This document shows, piece after piece, positions 35,877 through 45,883 of a stretch of DNA of 64,000 nt; the first letter of the stretch is position 1, and each line of letters begins with the position of its first letter. A program made the position numbers and the translations under genes. The notes below the pieces were generated by a model. It was not told where the DNA came from and ran no database searches. It was given only the letters and a program-made list of their open reading frames with translations. The stretch comes from an uncultured Flavobacteriales bacterium (lineage in GTDB: Bacteria; Bacteroidota; Bacteroidia; Flavobacteriales_G; Salibacteraceae): assembly GCA_937899835.1 (NCBI GenBank), contig CALCCE010000251.1, positions 30,623 through 94,622 of the forward strand, written 5' to 3'.

Positions 35877-37502
35877 TTAGCCTTCTCCGTCTTCAGCTTC
35901 CGGGTCGTCCGATTCCAGTTGCTCTTTCCCTGGTGCCGGACTTTCCTCAGGAAGTGCGTTTTCCGGCGGAGTTTCACTTTTGTCCTTCGGAGCGTTGGGA
36001 TAGTCTGGAATTTCTGGCTCCATCAGAACCGGCGATTTGTCGGGATTGGGCACAACATACTTTCCCGATTGTTGCATCAGCTGTTCTATCTCCTTCACCG
36101 TTTTGGGAACGCAAGCTGATAAAACCTCAGGACCTTTGGCGGTAATGAGCACATCGTCTTCGATGCGCACCCCGATGTTCCACCATTTGGGATCACAAGG
36201 CGATCCCTCTGGGATATAAATACCCGGTTCTACCGTGATGACATTACCGGGTTTGAGCGGACCAAACAAACCTGCATCGTGGACATCAAGGCCAAGGTAG
36301 TGGGATGTTCCGTGCATAAAGTAGCGCCCCACTTCCGAGGATTGTCCGATAATACCGTTTTCCAGCAAGCCCTGAGTAATGATGCGCGAAGCGACCCGGT
36401 GGGGTGTCCAAAAGCGGTTGCCAGCTTTAGCAGATTTTATTCCGGCAGCCTGGGCCGCTAAAACAATGTTGTAGATGATTTTTTCTTCTTTAGAAAACCG
36501 GCCGTCTACCGGCAAAGTACGGGTAACATCGGCTGTATACCCGTGATACTCTGCCCCAATATCGGAAACCAACAGGTTGTTACCAATAAGCGGTTTGCGG
36601 TTGGTGGTATAGTGCAGAATGCATGAATTCTCTCCTCCACCCAATATGGATGGGAACCCCTGATATTCTGCTCCGTTTTTCTTAAAAACATATTCTACAA
36701 TGGCTTCTGCTTCGTATTCGGGCATCCCGGGTTTGAGGTTGGCCATCAGCTCTTGTTGCGCTTCACAAGTAATGTCAATGGCTTTGCGTAGCAAAACCAT
36801 TTCTTCAGGGGTTTTCACCTCCCTCAGTTCAGCCATCAGGTCGCTCAACTGCCGAGGGTCGATGCCGTTGGGCAGTGTGTCTACCTTGCGAACAAAGTGC
36901 TTCACCATGCTGTAGAGGTCACCCAAGTCCCGGCCATCGTCCCGAACATCGTTTTGTGGTGTGAGGTAGTAGAGGTTGGAGAATTGCCCAAAATCGATCG
37001 GGAAGTGCGCAAAATCAATATTTTCATAGGCTTTTTCCAAACCTAACACCTGCTCAGTACCGGCTACCCCCATGCGCTTACCCGTCCATACTTCTGATCT
37101 CGGATTGCGGGGTTGCACAAACACCAACTCGCTATAAGACTGGCCATCGATCTCGATGGGTTGCTTAAAGATTACTACCACCGAATGGGGCTCTTTCAAT
37201 CCGGTGAGGTAATAGAAGTTGGGATCTTGGTGGTATTCAAAATCAACATCGTTGCTGCGGTTGCGCACGGGGTTGGCAAAAAGCACGGCCACCGAACTAT
37301 CGGGCATAAGATCGCGCAAGGCTTGCCTTCGTTGCTGGTGAAACTCAGCAGACAACAGGTCGGTGTCGTAGCGGTAGTCGTTCACTACCGTTGGAGCTTC
37401 TTCCTGGGTGAGGTTTAGCTCTGGTTCCTGACCGAAGGAGGAAAAGCTCCATCCGATTGGGAGCAGCACAAGCAAAGAAAGAAATCGCAAAAATGAGGGC
37501 AT
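35877..37502 (-). CDS. Xaa-Pro aminopeptidase (M24B) with signal peptide and acidic/Pro-rich C-terminal tail
   Basis: It has AMP_N and M24 motifs (VSDIGAEYHGYTADVTRT, HGTSHYLGLDVHD, ITVEPGIYIP, GVRIEDDVLI). ATG 37502 gives MPSFLRFLSLLVLLPIGWSFSSFGQ. An alternative TTG start lies at 37535. Confidence 0.85.
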   Translation of the reverse strand: MPSFLRFLSLLVLLPIGWSFSSFGQEPELNLTQEEAPTVVNDYRYDTDLLSAEFHQQRRQALRDLMPDSSVAVLFANPVRNRSNDVDFEYHQDPNFYYLTGLKEPHSVVVIFKQPIEIDGQSYSELVFVQPRNPRSEVWTGKRMGVAGTEQVLGLEKAYENIDFAHFPIDFGQFSNLYYLTPQNDVRDDGRDLGDLYSMVKHFVRKVDTLPNGIDPRQLSDLMAELREVKTPEEMVLLRKAIDITCEAQQELMANLKPGMPEYEAEAIVEYVFKKNGAEYQGFPSILGGGENSCILHYTTNRKPLIGNNLLVSDIGAEYHGYTADVTRTLPVDGRFSKEEKIIYNIVLAAQAAGIKSAKAGNRFWTPHRVASRIITQGLLENGIIGQSSEVGRYFMHGTSHYLGLDVHDAGLFGPLKPGNVITVEPGIYIPEGSPCDPKWWNIGVRIEDDVLITAKGPEVLSACVPKTVKEIEQLMQQSGKYVVPNPDKSPVLMEPEIPDYPNAPKDKSETPPENALPEESPAPGKEQLESDDPEAEDGEG

Positions 37503-37565
37503 AAAAAAACGTTGCTGCGAAAGTAATCGCAACAACGTTAGGGTGCAAATGCTATTGATAGAGCC

Positions 37566-37805
37566 TTAGTCGACCAGAAACCCTTTGGACCGGGCATCTT
37601 TCAGACAAGCTTCAATTCCGTTTTTGTTGATGTTACGGATGCCAGCGGCAGAAACTTTGAGGGTTACCCACTTGTTTTCCGAAGGAATAAAGAAACGTTT
37701 CACTTGGAGGTTGGGGTAAAACTTACGCTTGGTACGGCGTTTGGACTTGGAAACGTTGTTTCCAACCATAACTTTTTTTCCGGTGATCTGGCAAATTCTG
37801 GACAT
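37566..37805 (-). CDS. rpmB: 50S ribosomal protein L28
   Basis: The product begins [39 protein letters not shown]..., a typical L28 sequence. Confidence 0.95.
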   Translation of the reverse strand: MSRICQITGKKVMVGNNVSKSKRRTKRKFYPNLQVKRFFIPSENKWVTLKVSAAGIRNINKNGIEACLKDARSKGFLVD

Positions 37806-37830
37806 CGTTTACTGCTTTTTTCTCGAACGA

Positions 37831-37843
37831 GGCTGCAAATATA
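37831..37843 (-). promoter_or_regulatory. candidate rpmB promoter (-7 box TATATTTG within TATATTTGCAGCC)
   Basis: An exact TAnnTTTG sits ~31 nt upstream of the ATG. The 13-mer is identical to the one upstream of rpmG. Confidence 0.45.
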
Positions 37844-37848
37844 TAGAA

Positions 37849-39111
37849 TTATTCCGTGTGCCGGGAAAGGTGTTTCAAAATTTCCTTTCGCAATAAACTC
37901 AATGCTGTAAGGGTAAACATGCGGATGTTTCGCTCGCGGTTTTTTCCAAACCTCAGCTCTCTGGAAACTACTCCATTCGGGCCGGCAATTCCAATACAAA
38001 CTAATCCTACAGGCTTGGTAGCGGTGCCTCCACCTGGACCAGCAATGCCGGAAGTAGCGACTGCAAAATCGGTATTCAAACTGGTTCGCGCTCCTCGTGC
38101 CATTTGCTCTACCACCGGCAACGAAACCGCGCCATGTTTGGTCAAATCACTTTCTGAAACCTGTAATAGGGATTGCTTCACAGCATTAGCGTAAGAAATG
38201 ATGGAGCCTTCGAAATAAGCTGAGCTTCCGGCCACACTGGTCAGCAAGTGCGCAATATATCCACCCGTGCAGCTTTCGGCGGTCGAAACGGTCATCTGAT
38301 GCTCACTCAACAGCCGCCCTACCACCTGTTGCAGGGTGACATCGTCATATCCGAAGATGTACTTCTCCAACAGCGGCTTCAGTTCTTCAACTTTTCGGTG
38401 CACTTTTTCTTGCAGGGCTTCGGGTTCGTTCCCTTCCCCGCTGATACGCATCCTTACACTGCCGGGGGAAGGCAAATAAGCCAACTTGAGTCCTTCCGCT
38501 GGCAGGCTTTCTTCCCAGTCGGTGACAATTTCCATGATGGAAGATTCACCGATACCCTGTGTCATCACCGTTTTATGATAGATTTCAGGGGTTTTAAAAT
38601 GCTTTTTGACCCGTGGTAATACCTCATCTGTCATCAGGCCTTTCATTTCATAGGGCACACCCGGCATGGCAACAAATACTTTGTTGCCTTTCTCGAACCA
38701 CATACCCGGGGCAGTACCTACCGGATTGGTGAGTACCTGACAGCCGGCGGGCAATTGCGCTTGTTTTCGGTTCACCGGAGGCATTTTATAGCCCCTTGAG
38801 GCAAATAGCTCTTCTACGTGCGCCAGCACTTCGGCATTTTCTTCCAACTCTGTTTCAAAATACTCGCACAGCGTGGGTTTCGTAATGTCGTCTTTGGTGG
38901 GCCCGAGTCCTCCGGTGATAAGGATCAGATTTGCACGCGCTTCGGCCAAAGCCAACCCTTCCAAAATTCCTTCCCGCGTATCGGGCACACTGGTGATGCG
39001 GTTGAGGGCGATGCCGGCCTGATTGAGCTGCTGGCCCAACCAGGCGGAATTGGTATCTACAACTTGTCCGATGAGGATTTCATCGCCAATGGTGATCACT
39101 TCTGCAAGCAT
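37849..39111 (-). CDS. cinA: CinA family protein (MoCF-like domain + nicotinamide-nucleotide amidohydrolase PncC domain)
   Basis: The N terminus is MLAEVITIGDEILIGQVVDTNSAWLGQQL. The C-terminal domain carries the TAESCTGGYIAHLLT motif. ATG 39111 was preferred over ORF start 39303. Confidence 0.9.
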   Translation of the reverse strand: MLAEVITIGDEILIGQVVDTNSAWLGQQLNQAGIALNRITSVPDTREGILEGLALAEARANLILITGGLGPTKDDITKPTLCEYFETELEENAEVLAHVEELFASRGYKMPPVNRKQAQLPAGCQVLTNPVGTAPGMWFEKGNKVFVAMPGVPYEMKGLMTDEVLPRVKKHFKTPEIYHKTVMTQGIGESSIMEIVTDWEESLPAEGLKLAYLPSPGSVRMRISGEGNEPEALQEKVHRKVEELKPLLEKYIFGYDDVTLQQVVGRLLSEHQMTVSTAESCTGGYIAHLLTSVAGSSAYFEGSIISYANAVKQSLLQVSESDLTKHGAVSLPVVEQMARGARTSLNTDFAVATSGIAGPGGGTATKPVGLVCIGIAGPNGVVSRELRFGKNRERNIRMFTLTALSLLRKEILKHLSRHTE

Positions 39112-39223
39112 GGCGCGAATATAGCCCATTGGTGGCGTTGGACTCGGCTCCTTTGGCGAGGTTTTTCCATTCGTTTTTACCCTTTCTACAATAGTCCGCT
39201 CTAAAAATGGGTAGTTTTGGCCA

Positions 39224-40126
39224 ATGCATTCTTCTACTTCCCCCACTTCGGGTAGCCGATTGGCCGAGTCTGAGCTGATTCTAAACACCGACGACGGTAG
39301 CATCTATCACCTCAAATTGCTTCCTGAGCACCTTGCAGATGATGTCATTGTGGTGGGTGATCCGGGACGGGTAAAATCCATTTCCGACCGCTTCGATTCC
39401 GTAGATGTACGCATTAGCAACCGTGAGTTTGTGACGCATACCGGCTGGCTCAACGGTAAGCGCATTACTGCTTTGGCCACAGGCATTGGCACCGACAACA
39501 TCGATATCGTGCTGAATGAGCTGGATGCTTTGGTAAACATCGATTTGGAGAGCCGCAGGATAAAGGCGGACCACAAATCCTTGAACATTGTGCGCATTGG
39601 CACCACCGGTGCCTTGCAAGGAGACTTTCCGGTAGACTCTTACCTGGCTTCTCGCTATGGTTTGGGCTTCGACAATGTGCTGCATTATTACCAATACCAT
39701 CCCGAAGCCGAAACGGCTCAACTGGAGCAAGCGCTGGTCGATCACCTCAATATGGGCGATGCAGCTTCGCGCCCCTACCTGGTACCTTGCTCCAATACCC
39801 TCCTACAAAAAGTGGGAGCGGATATGCACCAGGGTATTACCGCTACGGCACCTGGCTTTTATGGTCCTCAGGGCAGAACACTGCGACTTCCTTTGCGCAT
39901 TGAGGATTTGAACGAACGGCTGAGCTCCTTTGAAAATGGGAATTTGAAGGTCACCAATTTCGAAATGGAGACTTCTGCGCTGTATGGGTTGGGGCATTTG
40001 TTAGGACACCAATGTTGCACGGTTTGCCTGGTGATTGCCAACCGTATTAGAAATGAATACAGCAAAGATTACCACCCGGCAATGGGCCGTTTGATCGATA
40101 CGGTTTTAGAGCGATTAACACAATAA
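39224..40126 (+). CDS. nucleoside phosphorylase (PNP/UDP family 1)
   Basis: Its pattern fits family 1 (DVIVVGDPGRV...TGIGTDNIDIVLNEL...VRIGTTGAL...FEMETSALY). Confidence 0.75.
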   Translation: MHSSTSPTSGSRLAESELILNTDDGSIYHLKLLPEHLADDVIVVGDPGRVKSISDRFDSVDVRISNREFVTHTGWLNGKRITALATGIGTDNIDIVLNELDALVNIDLESRRIKADHKSLNIVRIGTTGALQGDFPVDSYLASRYGLGFDNVLHYYQYHPEAETAQLEQALVDHLNMGDAASRPYLVPCSNTLLQKVGADMHQGITATAPGFYGPQGRTLRLPLRIEDLNERLSSFENGNLKVTNFEMETSALYGLGHLLGHQCCTVCLVIANRIRNEYSKDYHPAMGRLIDTVLERLTQ

Positions 40127-40187
40127 TTGTGAATAATAAGCCCTGATGCAATTCTGATTAGCCTCTACCCTGGCTAATTTTGTTTTG

Positions 40188-41084
40188 ATGCACCTGCCTG
40201 ACGATCCTACTGAACTCAACGCCCTCATCAGTTTGTTGGACGATCCTGATGAAACCATTTACCTCCAAATTCGGAATCGGCTCCTTTCTATCGGTTCGGA
40301 AGTGATTCCTGCGTTAGAAAGCGCCTGGGAGCACAATGCTTTTGGCATGCTGTTCCAAAACCGGGTGGAAGCCATCGTTCACGACATTCAATTCACCTCG
40401 GTTTTCGATCAACTCAAAACGTGGGCTAGCCAAGGTGGGCCCGATTTGCTAGATGGATTGATGTTGCTCTCCCGGTATCAATACCCCGATTTGGACGAAG
40501 AGCCGATCAGAAAGCTGCTCGATCAAATCACACGGGATATCTGGTTGGAATTGAACGATAAGTTGACCGCTCTTGAAAAAGTGCGGGTCATCAATCATAT
40601 TTTGTTTGAGGTGTATGGCTTTGGCGGCAATACGACCAACTACCACGCCCCGCAGAACTCCTACATCAACAATGTGGTAGAATCCCGCAAGGGAAATCCC
40701 ATTTCGTTGTCCGCGATCTATACCATTTTGGCCAGTCGATTAGAGCTACCCATTTTCGGTATCAACCTGCCCAAACATTTTGTTTTGGCCTACGTGGACC
40801 TCATGACCATGCAGCCGGGAATTTCCATTGGGGAAGCGGAGATACTGTTCTACATCAATCCTTTCAGCCGGGGTGGTGTGTTTAGTCGCAAGGAAATCGA
40901 CTTTTTCCTCAAGCAGCTGGACTTAAAACCCGATCCGAAGTTTTTCTCGCCTTGTAACAATCTGACGATCGTTCGTAGGATGCTCAACAACCTGACTTAT
41001 TCTTACCACAAATTGGGTTATCCGGATAAGGTGGCAGAAATTGAAAAACTTGGGAATGCCTTACCGCCCGAAGATGCGGCCTAA
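40188..41084 (+). CDS. transglutaminase-like / SirB1 (UPF0162) family protein
   Basis: NYHAPQNSYINNVVESRKGNPISLSAIYTILASRLELPIFGINLPKHFVLAY is characteristic of SirB1-type transglutaminase-like proteins. The start is ATG 40188. Confidence 0.6.
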   Translation: MHLPDDPTELNALISLLDDPDETIYLQIRNRLLSIGSEVIPALESAWEHNAFGMLFQNRVEAIVHDIQFTSVFDQLKTWASQGGPDLLDGLMLLSRYQYPDLDEEPIRKLLDQITRDIWLELNDKLTALEKVRVINHILFEVYGFGGNTTNYHAPQNSYINNVVESRKGNPISLSAIYTILASRLELPIFGINLPKHFVLAYVDLMTMQPGISIGEAEILFYINPFSRGGVFSRKEIDFFLKQLDLKPDPKFFSPCNNLTIVRRMLNNLTYSYHKLGYPDKVAEIEKLGNALPPEDAA

Positions 41085-41651
41085 GGTGGTAAAAATGATT
41101 CTCAAATCAGTGCTGAGGCCTTGTTCTTTGATGTAGCGTAAGTTGAGTTGCAGCTTGGCCGGCATAATGGTTTGGATGTACAATTGCTCCGGGTCGGAGG
41201 CCTTGCCCAACAGTTCGTTTTCATCCAGGTATTCCAGGGAAGCAAAATCGGTGAGTCCGGGACGAACTGCCAGTACCTCCAACTGTTCAGGACTATAAAG
41301 ATCGACGTATTTACGCACTTCAGGCCGCGGACCTACCACGCTCATTTCGCCTTTCAGAATGTTGAGCAATTGCGGCATTTCATCCAGTTTGTATTTGCGC
41401 AACCAAAAGCCAACGCGGGTAATCCTCGGATCGCGGCCGCCTACGGTTAGTTGGCCTTTACGGTCGGCATTGGGTACCATGGTTCGAAATTTATACAAGC
41501 CAAAATCGTGGTTGTGGCGTCCGACACGGATTTGTTGGTAAAAAACACCTCCTTTAGAATCGAACACAATGGCCAGTGAAATAACAATCCACAGCGGGGC
41601 GGAGACCAGCAGCACGAGTCCCGAACTCAGCAGATCGAAAAGGCGTTTCAT
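41061..41651 (-). CDS. small monotopic phosphoglycosyl transferase (bacterial sugar transferase, PglC/WcfS-like)
   Basis: It has one N-terminal membrane segment followed by YKFRTM...DEMPQLLNILKGEMSVVGPRPE. The 3' end overlaps the convergent upstream gene by 24 nt. Confidence 0.85.
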   Translation of the reverse strand: MKRLFDLLSSGLVLLVSAPLWIVISLAIVFDSKGGVFYQQIRVGRHNHDFGLYKFRTMVPNADRKGQLTVGGRDPRITRVGFWLRKYKLDEMPQLLNILKGEMSVVGPRPEVRKYVDLYSPEQLEVLAVRPGLTDFASLEYLDENELLGKASDPEQLYIQTIMPAKLQLNLRYIKEQGLSTDLRIIFTTLGRIFGR

Positions 41652-42871
41652 GTAACTTTCCTAGTGAGCACACTTTCTACCGCAGCTGCCACTTCTTGAA
41701 TGACCGTTTCCTGGTCTTCGTTACTCAGGTTGAAGTATACCGGCAGGCTAATTTCGCTGGAATAGAGCCGAAAAGCATTGGGATAATCGGCCATTTGATA
41801 CCCTTGATTTTTGTAATAAGACAGCAAAGGCAAAGGCTGAAAGTGGACGTTAACGGCCACTTCACGTCGATAGATCTCATCAATCAAGGCATCGCGCTCT
41901 GCTTCCTCAATACCATCGATTCGCAACATGTAAACGTGGTAAGAAGAGCACTTATGGTCGTTTTCATAGGTGGGCACAATGGCCCAGGGATAAGCCGAGA
42001 AAGCTTCTGAATACCGATCGAAAATGGCCCTTCTGCGGGGCAAGGTTTCCCGAACGTAGCGTTCGAGCTCTACCAGACCAATGGCGGCCTGTATATCGGT
42101 CATGTTGCATTTGTAACCCGCTTCTACCACATCATAGCGCCAGCCACCTTTGCGAAACTTGGCCAGTGCATCTTTGCTTTGCCCATGCAAAGAAGACACA
42201 CACATTTCTTTGTAAATGGCAGCATTGTCAAATGGTTCTGGAAGGTTGAGGGCCAGAGCTCCTCCTTCGGCAGTAGTGAGGTTTTTTACGGCATGAAAAG
42301 AAAAGACCGAGATATCGGCCAGAATGCCGGTGTTGCGCCCTTTGTAAACGGCTCCGAGTGAGTGGGCCGCATCGGACAGCACCAACATTCGACCAAGTTG
42401 CTCTTGCTCGGGCGTGGTGGCTTTGAAAAGCGATTTGACCGCATCACTACGCACCAAATCGTTAATGGTATCGTAATCACAAGGCCATCCGCCAATGTCT
42501 ACCGGCATCACCACCTTGGTGTTCGAATTGATCCTGGCCTTGATGTTCTCAAGGGTAATGTTGAAATCGTTTCCTACATCGACCAATACGGGTGTAGCTC
42601 CGCAATGCTCCACTACATTTGCCGTAGAGCAATAAGTATAAGCGGGAAGTATCACTTCATCGCCCGGTCCCACACCAAACCAACGCAACCCCAATTCCAT
42701 TCCGGCAGTAGCTGAATTGAGGCAAACGGTATTGGGATTACCGTTGTAATCGCTCAAAAGTTGCTCAAAACGCTTGGTTTTAGGCCCGGTGGTGATCCAG
42801 CCCGATTGAAGGGTATCGGTTACCTCGTCAATGGTTCGCTGATCGATTCTTGGTGGGGAAAAAGGAATCAT
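41648..42871 (-). CDS. DegT/DnrJ/EryC1/StrS family sugar aminotransferase
   Basis: It has the PLP-lysine motif (SFHAVKNLTTAEGGAL) and family-wide similarity. The stop overlaps the ATG of the sugar transferase (ATGA). Confidence 0.9.
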   Translation of the reverse strand: MIPFSPPRIDQRTIDEVTDTLQSGWITTGPKTKRFEQLLSDYNGNPNTVCLNSATAGMELGLRWFGVGPGDEVILPAYTYCSTANVVEHCGATPVLVDVGNDFNITLENIKARINSNTKVVMPVDIGGWPCDYDTINDLVRSDAVKSLFKATTPEQEQLGRMLVLSDAAHSLGAVYKGRNTGILADISVFSFHAVKNLTTAEGGALALNLPEPFDNAAIYKEMCVSSLHGQSKDALAKFRKGGWRYDVVEAGYKCNMTDIQAAIGLVELERYVRETLPRRRAIFDRYSEAFSAYPWAIVPTYENDHKCSSYHVYMLRIDGIEEAERDALIDEIYRREVAVNVHFQPLPLLSYYKNQGYQMADYPNAFRLYSSEISLPVYFNLSNEDQETVIQEVAAAVESVLTRKVT

Positions 42872-42898
42872 ACCGTTCGTTTTAGCAAAATTACAGCA

Positions 42899-44203
42899 TT
42901 ATGAGGGGATGCCGGGTGTATTCTGGCTGGGATTGGGAAAGGCCAACACCAACAGGGATTGAAACATGGCAAAAAACACGACTCCGGCCTGCGTTTCTAA
43001 CATGGATTCTGTGAGCAAGCTAAAGCCAAATACAAAAATGAAGAAACCGTAGATGAGGTGGTTTTTGCGAAAACTTTGAATAAAGGGATAAGCCAAATTG
43101 AGTAACAGGATCAACAAGCCGATGACTCCCAGTGCCACACTGGTTTGCATGTATTGGTTGTGGGCATTGAGGTTTTTGATCAGGGCTTTGGTGAGGCCCA
43201 CTTCACGGTACTTTTTAATGAACTCATCGCCTACATCGCCAGTGCCCACTCCCGCTATCGGGTCTTGCTGAAAGCGGGAATACCCCAGTTTCCATATCTC
43301 TGCCCGAATACCTGCACTGTTTTGTTTGAGCACCGGATTATTGGAGGTCAACTCTTCGGCGGCTGAGGCAAAGCGGTTGATGCTGTAGTTGGAATTGTAG
43401 AGCACCAGGGTCGAAATCCCCAACGTGATGATGAGCCCAAGGAGGCTTTTTTTCCACTTGATGCGCGGCAGTATGAGGTAAAAAAACGTGAAGGTGAGAA
43501 TGGCAATCATGCACAGAATACCGTTGCGCGAAGCCAACTGAAAATTGGCCAGGATGAAGATGGTCATCATGATGAAATAGCGCAGCCGAAAACGATTTTT
43601 TTGATCGAAAATAAACTTGATGAGGATGCACAACGACAAGTTGATGTACATGCTGAAATAGCTCGGGTGATGCTCGAAGGTGAACTCATGATAATAGAAA
43701 TGCTGCAATTCGCCGGTGCGGTAGTAATAGTAAACCGCTCGAAAAAAGGAAACCAGCACCCCTACTAAACAGCCCATTACAAAGGTTGAAAGCACTTTTT
43801 CGGTGCGAAATCGGTTGAGGAACCCCGTTGTGAGCAAAATGATAGGAAAGATGAAAATGGAAAACTTGACTTCCAAATCAAACAAGCCGTAGTCCCAATT
43901 GGTAGAATAAAACATGCCCGCCACATGCACCAGGTAAAGACTGATGAACAAAAAGAAATACTGCTTGCGTTTCATGAGGTTGCGCCACTTCTGCACCGGG
44001 CTGCTTTCGAAGGCACTGGTGATCAAAAGCAAGGCGATGCACAAGGGCACCCATCGGCGGTTGAGCGGGATGAGGAAGGCCAGCAGGTGCACTAAATAAT
44101 AGGAGCACAAGCGGGCATAATAACGAGGCCGCTGGCGCAGATCGGCGTAGAATTCACCGGTTTGCAAAGTACGAAGGGCGGTTATGAAGTTGGAAGACGC
44201 CAT
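42899..44203 (-). CDS. O-antigen polymerase/ligase-like (Wzy_C) polytopic membrane protein, copy 1
   Basis: It has 10 or more hydrophobic segments and a Wzy_C-type loop (NLNAHNQYMQTSVALGVIG). Confidence 0.7.
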   Translation of the reverse strand: MASSNFITALRTLQTGEFYADLRQRPRYYARLCSYYLVHLLAFLIPLNRRWVPLCIALLLITSAFESSPVQKWRNLMKRKQYFFLFISLYLVHVAGMFYSTNWDYGLFDLEVKFSIFIFPIILLTTGFLNRFRTEKVLSTFVMGCLVGVLVSFFRAVYYYYRTGELQHFYYHEFTFEHHPSYFSMYINLSLCILIKFIFDQKNRFRLRYFIMMTIFILANFQLASRNGILCMIAILTFTFFYLILPRIKWKKSLLGLIITLGISTLVLYNSNYSINRFASAAEELTSNNPVLKQNSAGIRAEIWKLGYSRFQQDPIAGVGTGDVGDEFIKKYREVGLTKALIKNLNAHNQYMQTSVALGVIGLLILLLNLAYPFIQSFRKNHLIYGFFIFVFGFSLLTESMLETQAGVVFFAMFQSLLVLAFPNPSQNTPGIPS

Positions 44204-44208
44204 AAAAA

Positions 44209-45255
44209 CTAACGGGTGAGCCGTGCACTGCTTTTAGTGGGTTGTTGACGCAGCAACAAAAATCGTACAATGCCTTGCAGGTAGCCCAAACCGTAACCGA
44301 GATGCAAGATAAAAAAGGTAAAGGCTACCCCCAATGCCGTAGATGGATTGGAGGTGAGGCGGAAAGCTGAGAGCAAGGCCAGAATCAGATACAGGGCCAA
44401 AACTGATCCAAACCCAAAGGACAACAACGGATGCAACCAGGCAAGCAAACCACCCATGAGCACAAACAAGACAAATCCAAGCGGCACCAGCTGCCGAATG
44501 GAGGTCACTGCCTGGTGCTTGCGGTTGACAAAGACTTTCCAGTACCCGTATTGAAAGTACTGTCGAAATAACTTTTTGAAGGATGCCCTCACGTAGTACT
44601 TTGAACGAATCTTTGAGGACAACCAAATCTTAAAACCGCCCTTTAACACGCGATAATTGAACTCATCGTCTTGATTTCGGGTGAGGTCTTCGTCAAAATA
44701 CCCTACTTTTTCGAACACCTCCCGCCGGTAAGCACCAAAGGCCACGGTATCCACGTAGCCTTCTTTTCCACCGGTACGAAAATGAGCATTGCCCACTCCA
44801 AAAGACGAGGCCATGGCCTTGCTCACAATGGCCGCAGTGGTATTTTCCGCCACATTGTCGATGATGCCACCAATGCACCCCACTTCGGGATGCGCCTTGA
44901 GCTGTAACACACATTCGCGCAGATAATCCGGAGCGAGTTCTGCATGGCCGCCTAAAATGATGGCCACATCACTGTTCACCTCCCGGATGCCTAAATTCAG
45001 TGCGTAAGGCGTGGTGCGGTAGGGATTATCTACCAGCTTTACCGGTGCATGCTTTTGGGAAAGTTCTGCCACTATTTCACGGGTGCGGTCGTCACTTTGA
45101 CCATCGCACACCAAAACATGCAATAAATCTTTGGGATAATCATTGCCTACTACCGACTCTACACAAGCCCGAATGTATTGCTCCTCATTCCGGCAAGGAA
45201 TCACCACTGAGACGCTCAAGTCAAGGAGTTGTTGGGAAGTAGACGCCTGATTCAT
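44209..45255 (-). CDS. family 2 glycosyltransferase (ExoA-like) with C-terminal membrane segments
   Basis: Motifs are VSVVIPCRNEEQYI...VCDGQSDDRT...NQDDEFNYR. ATG 45255 was preferred over TTG 45267. Confidence 0.85.
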   Translation of the reverse strand: MNQASTSQQLLDLSVSVVIPCRNEEQYIRACVESVVGNDYPKDLLHVLVCDGQSDDRTREIVAELSQKHAPVKLVDNPYRTTPYALNLGIREVNSDVAIILGGHAELAPDYLRECVLQLKAHPEVGCIGGIIDNVAENTTAAIVSKAMASSFGVGNAHFRTGGKEGYVDTVAFGAYRREVFEKVGYFDEDLTRNQDDEFNYRVLKGGFKIWLSSKIRSKYYVRASFKKLFRQYFQYGYWKVFVNRKHQAVTSIRQLVPLGFVLFVLMGGLLAWLHPLLSFGFGSVLALYLILALLSAFRLTSNPSTALGVAFTFFILHLGYGLGYLQGIVRFLLLRQQPTKSSARLTR

Positions 45256-45288
45256 GCTGACCTCCAAAAGTACCGTACTTTTGTAGTA

Positions 45289-45777
45289 ATGCGCAGCAAC
45301 ACGGGCGAAACTATCAACACCGATTTAAACACTGAGGTTTCTATCGAAAACCGGGTTGAAAAGATATTGGCCGACCCGAACAGTTTTCTCATCCTTTTCG
45401 ATGGAGTGTGCAACCTGTGCAACTCTTCGGTCGACTTCATCATTTCGCGCAACGCAAAACAGAACATTTACTTCCTCACCTTGCAATCGGAGCTGGCTCA
45501 GCGCCTTACCCGGGAACGAAATATCGACCTCGAACACCTCTCCTCGATTGTAGTGCTGCAAGGAAAGGCATCCTATGTGCGCTCTACTGGCGTTTTAAAA
45601 GCAAGCTTGCATTTACAGCAACCCTGGGCCTTTCTGGCCCGCATCGGTCTGGTATTTCCAGCCTTCATTCGCGATGGAGTATACCGCCTGGTCGCCAGGT
45701 CGAGGTATACTTTCTTTGGAAAGAAAGACGCTTGCCGCTTGCCTACCCAACAGGAGGCAATGCAACTGTTGGGATAA
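45289..45777 (+). CDS. thiol-disulfide oxidoreductase DCC (DUF393) family protein
   Basis: It has the LILFDGVCNLCNSSVDFI motif (DGxCxLC). The start is ATG 45289. Confidence 0.8.
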   Translation: MRSNTGETINTDLNTEVSIENRVEKILADPNSFLILFDGVCNLCNSSVDFIISRNAKQNIYFLTLQSELAQRLTRERNIDLEHLSSIVVLQGKASYVRSTGVLKASLHLQQPWAFLARIGLVFPAFIRDGVYRLVARSRYTFFGKKDACRLPTQQEAMQLLG

Positions 45778-45883
45778 GCCTTCAACATTGGCCCATCAAC
45801 CGTATTTATTCATTTTGAGGAGGCAGGTGCAACCCTTTGATGTGTAGTTTCATCCTATAGCCAAACCATTCTTACGCCCCCTG

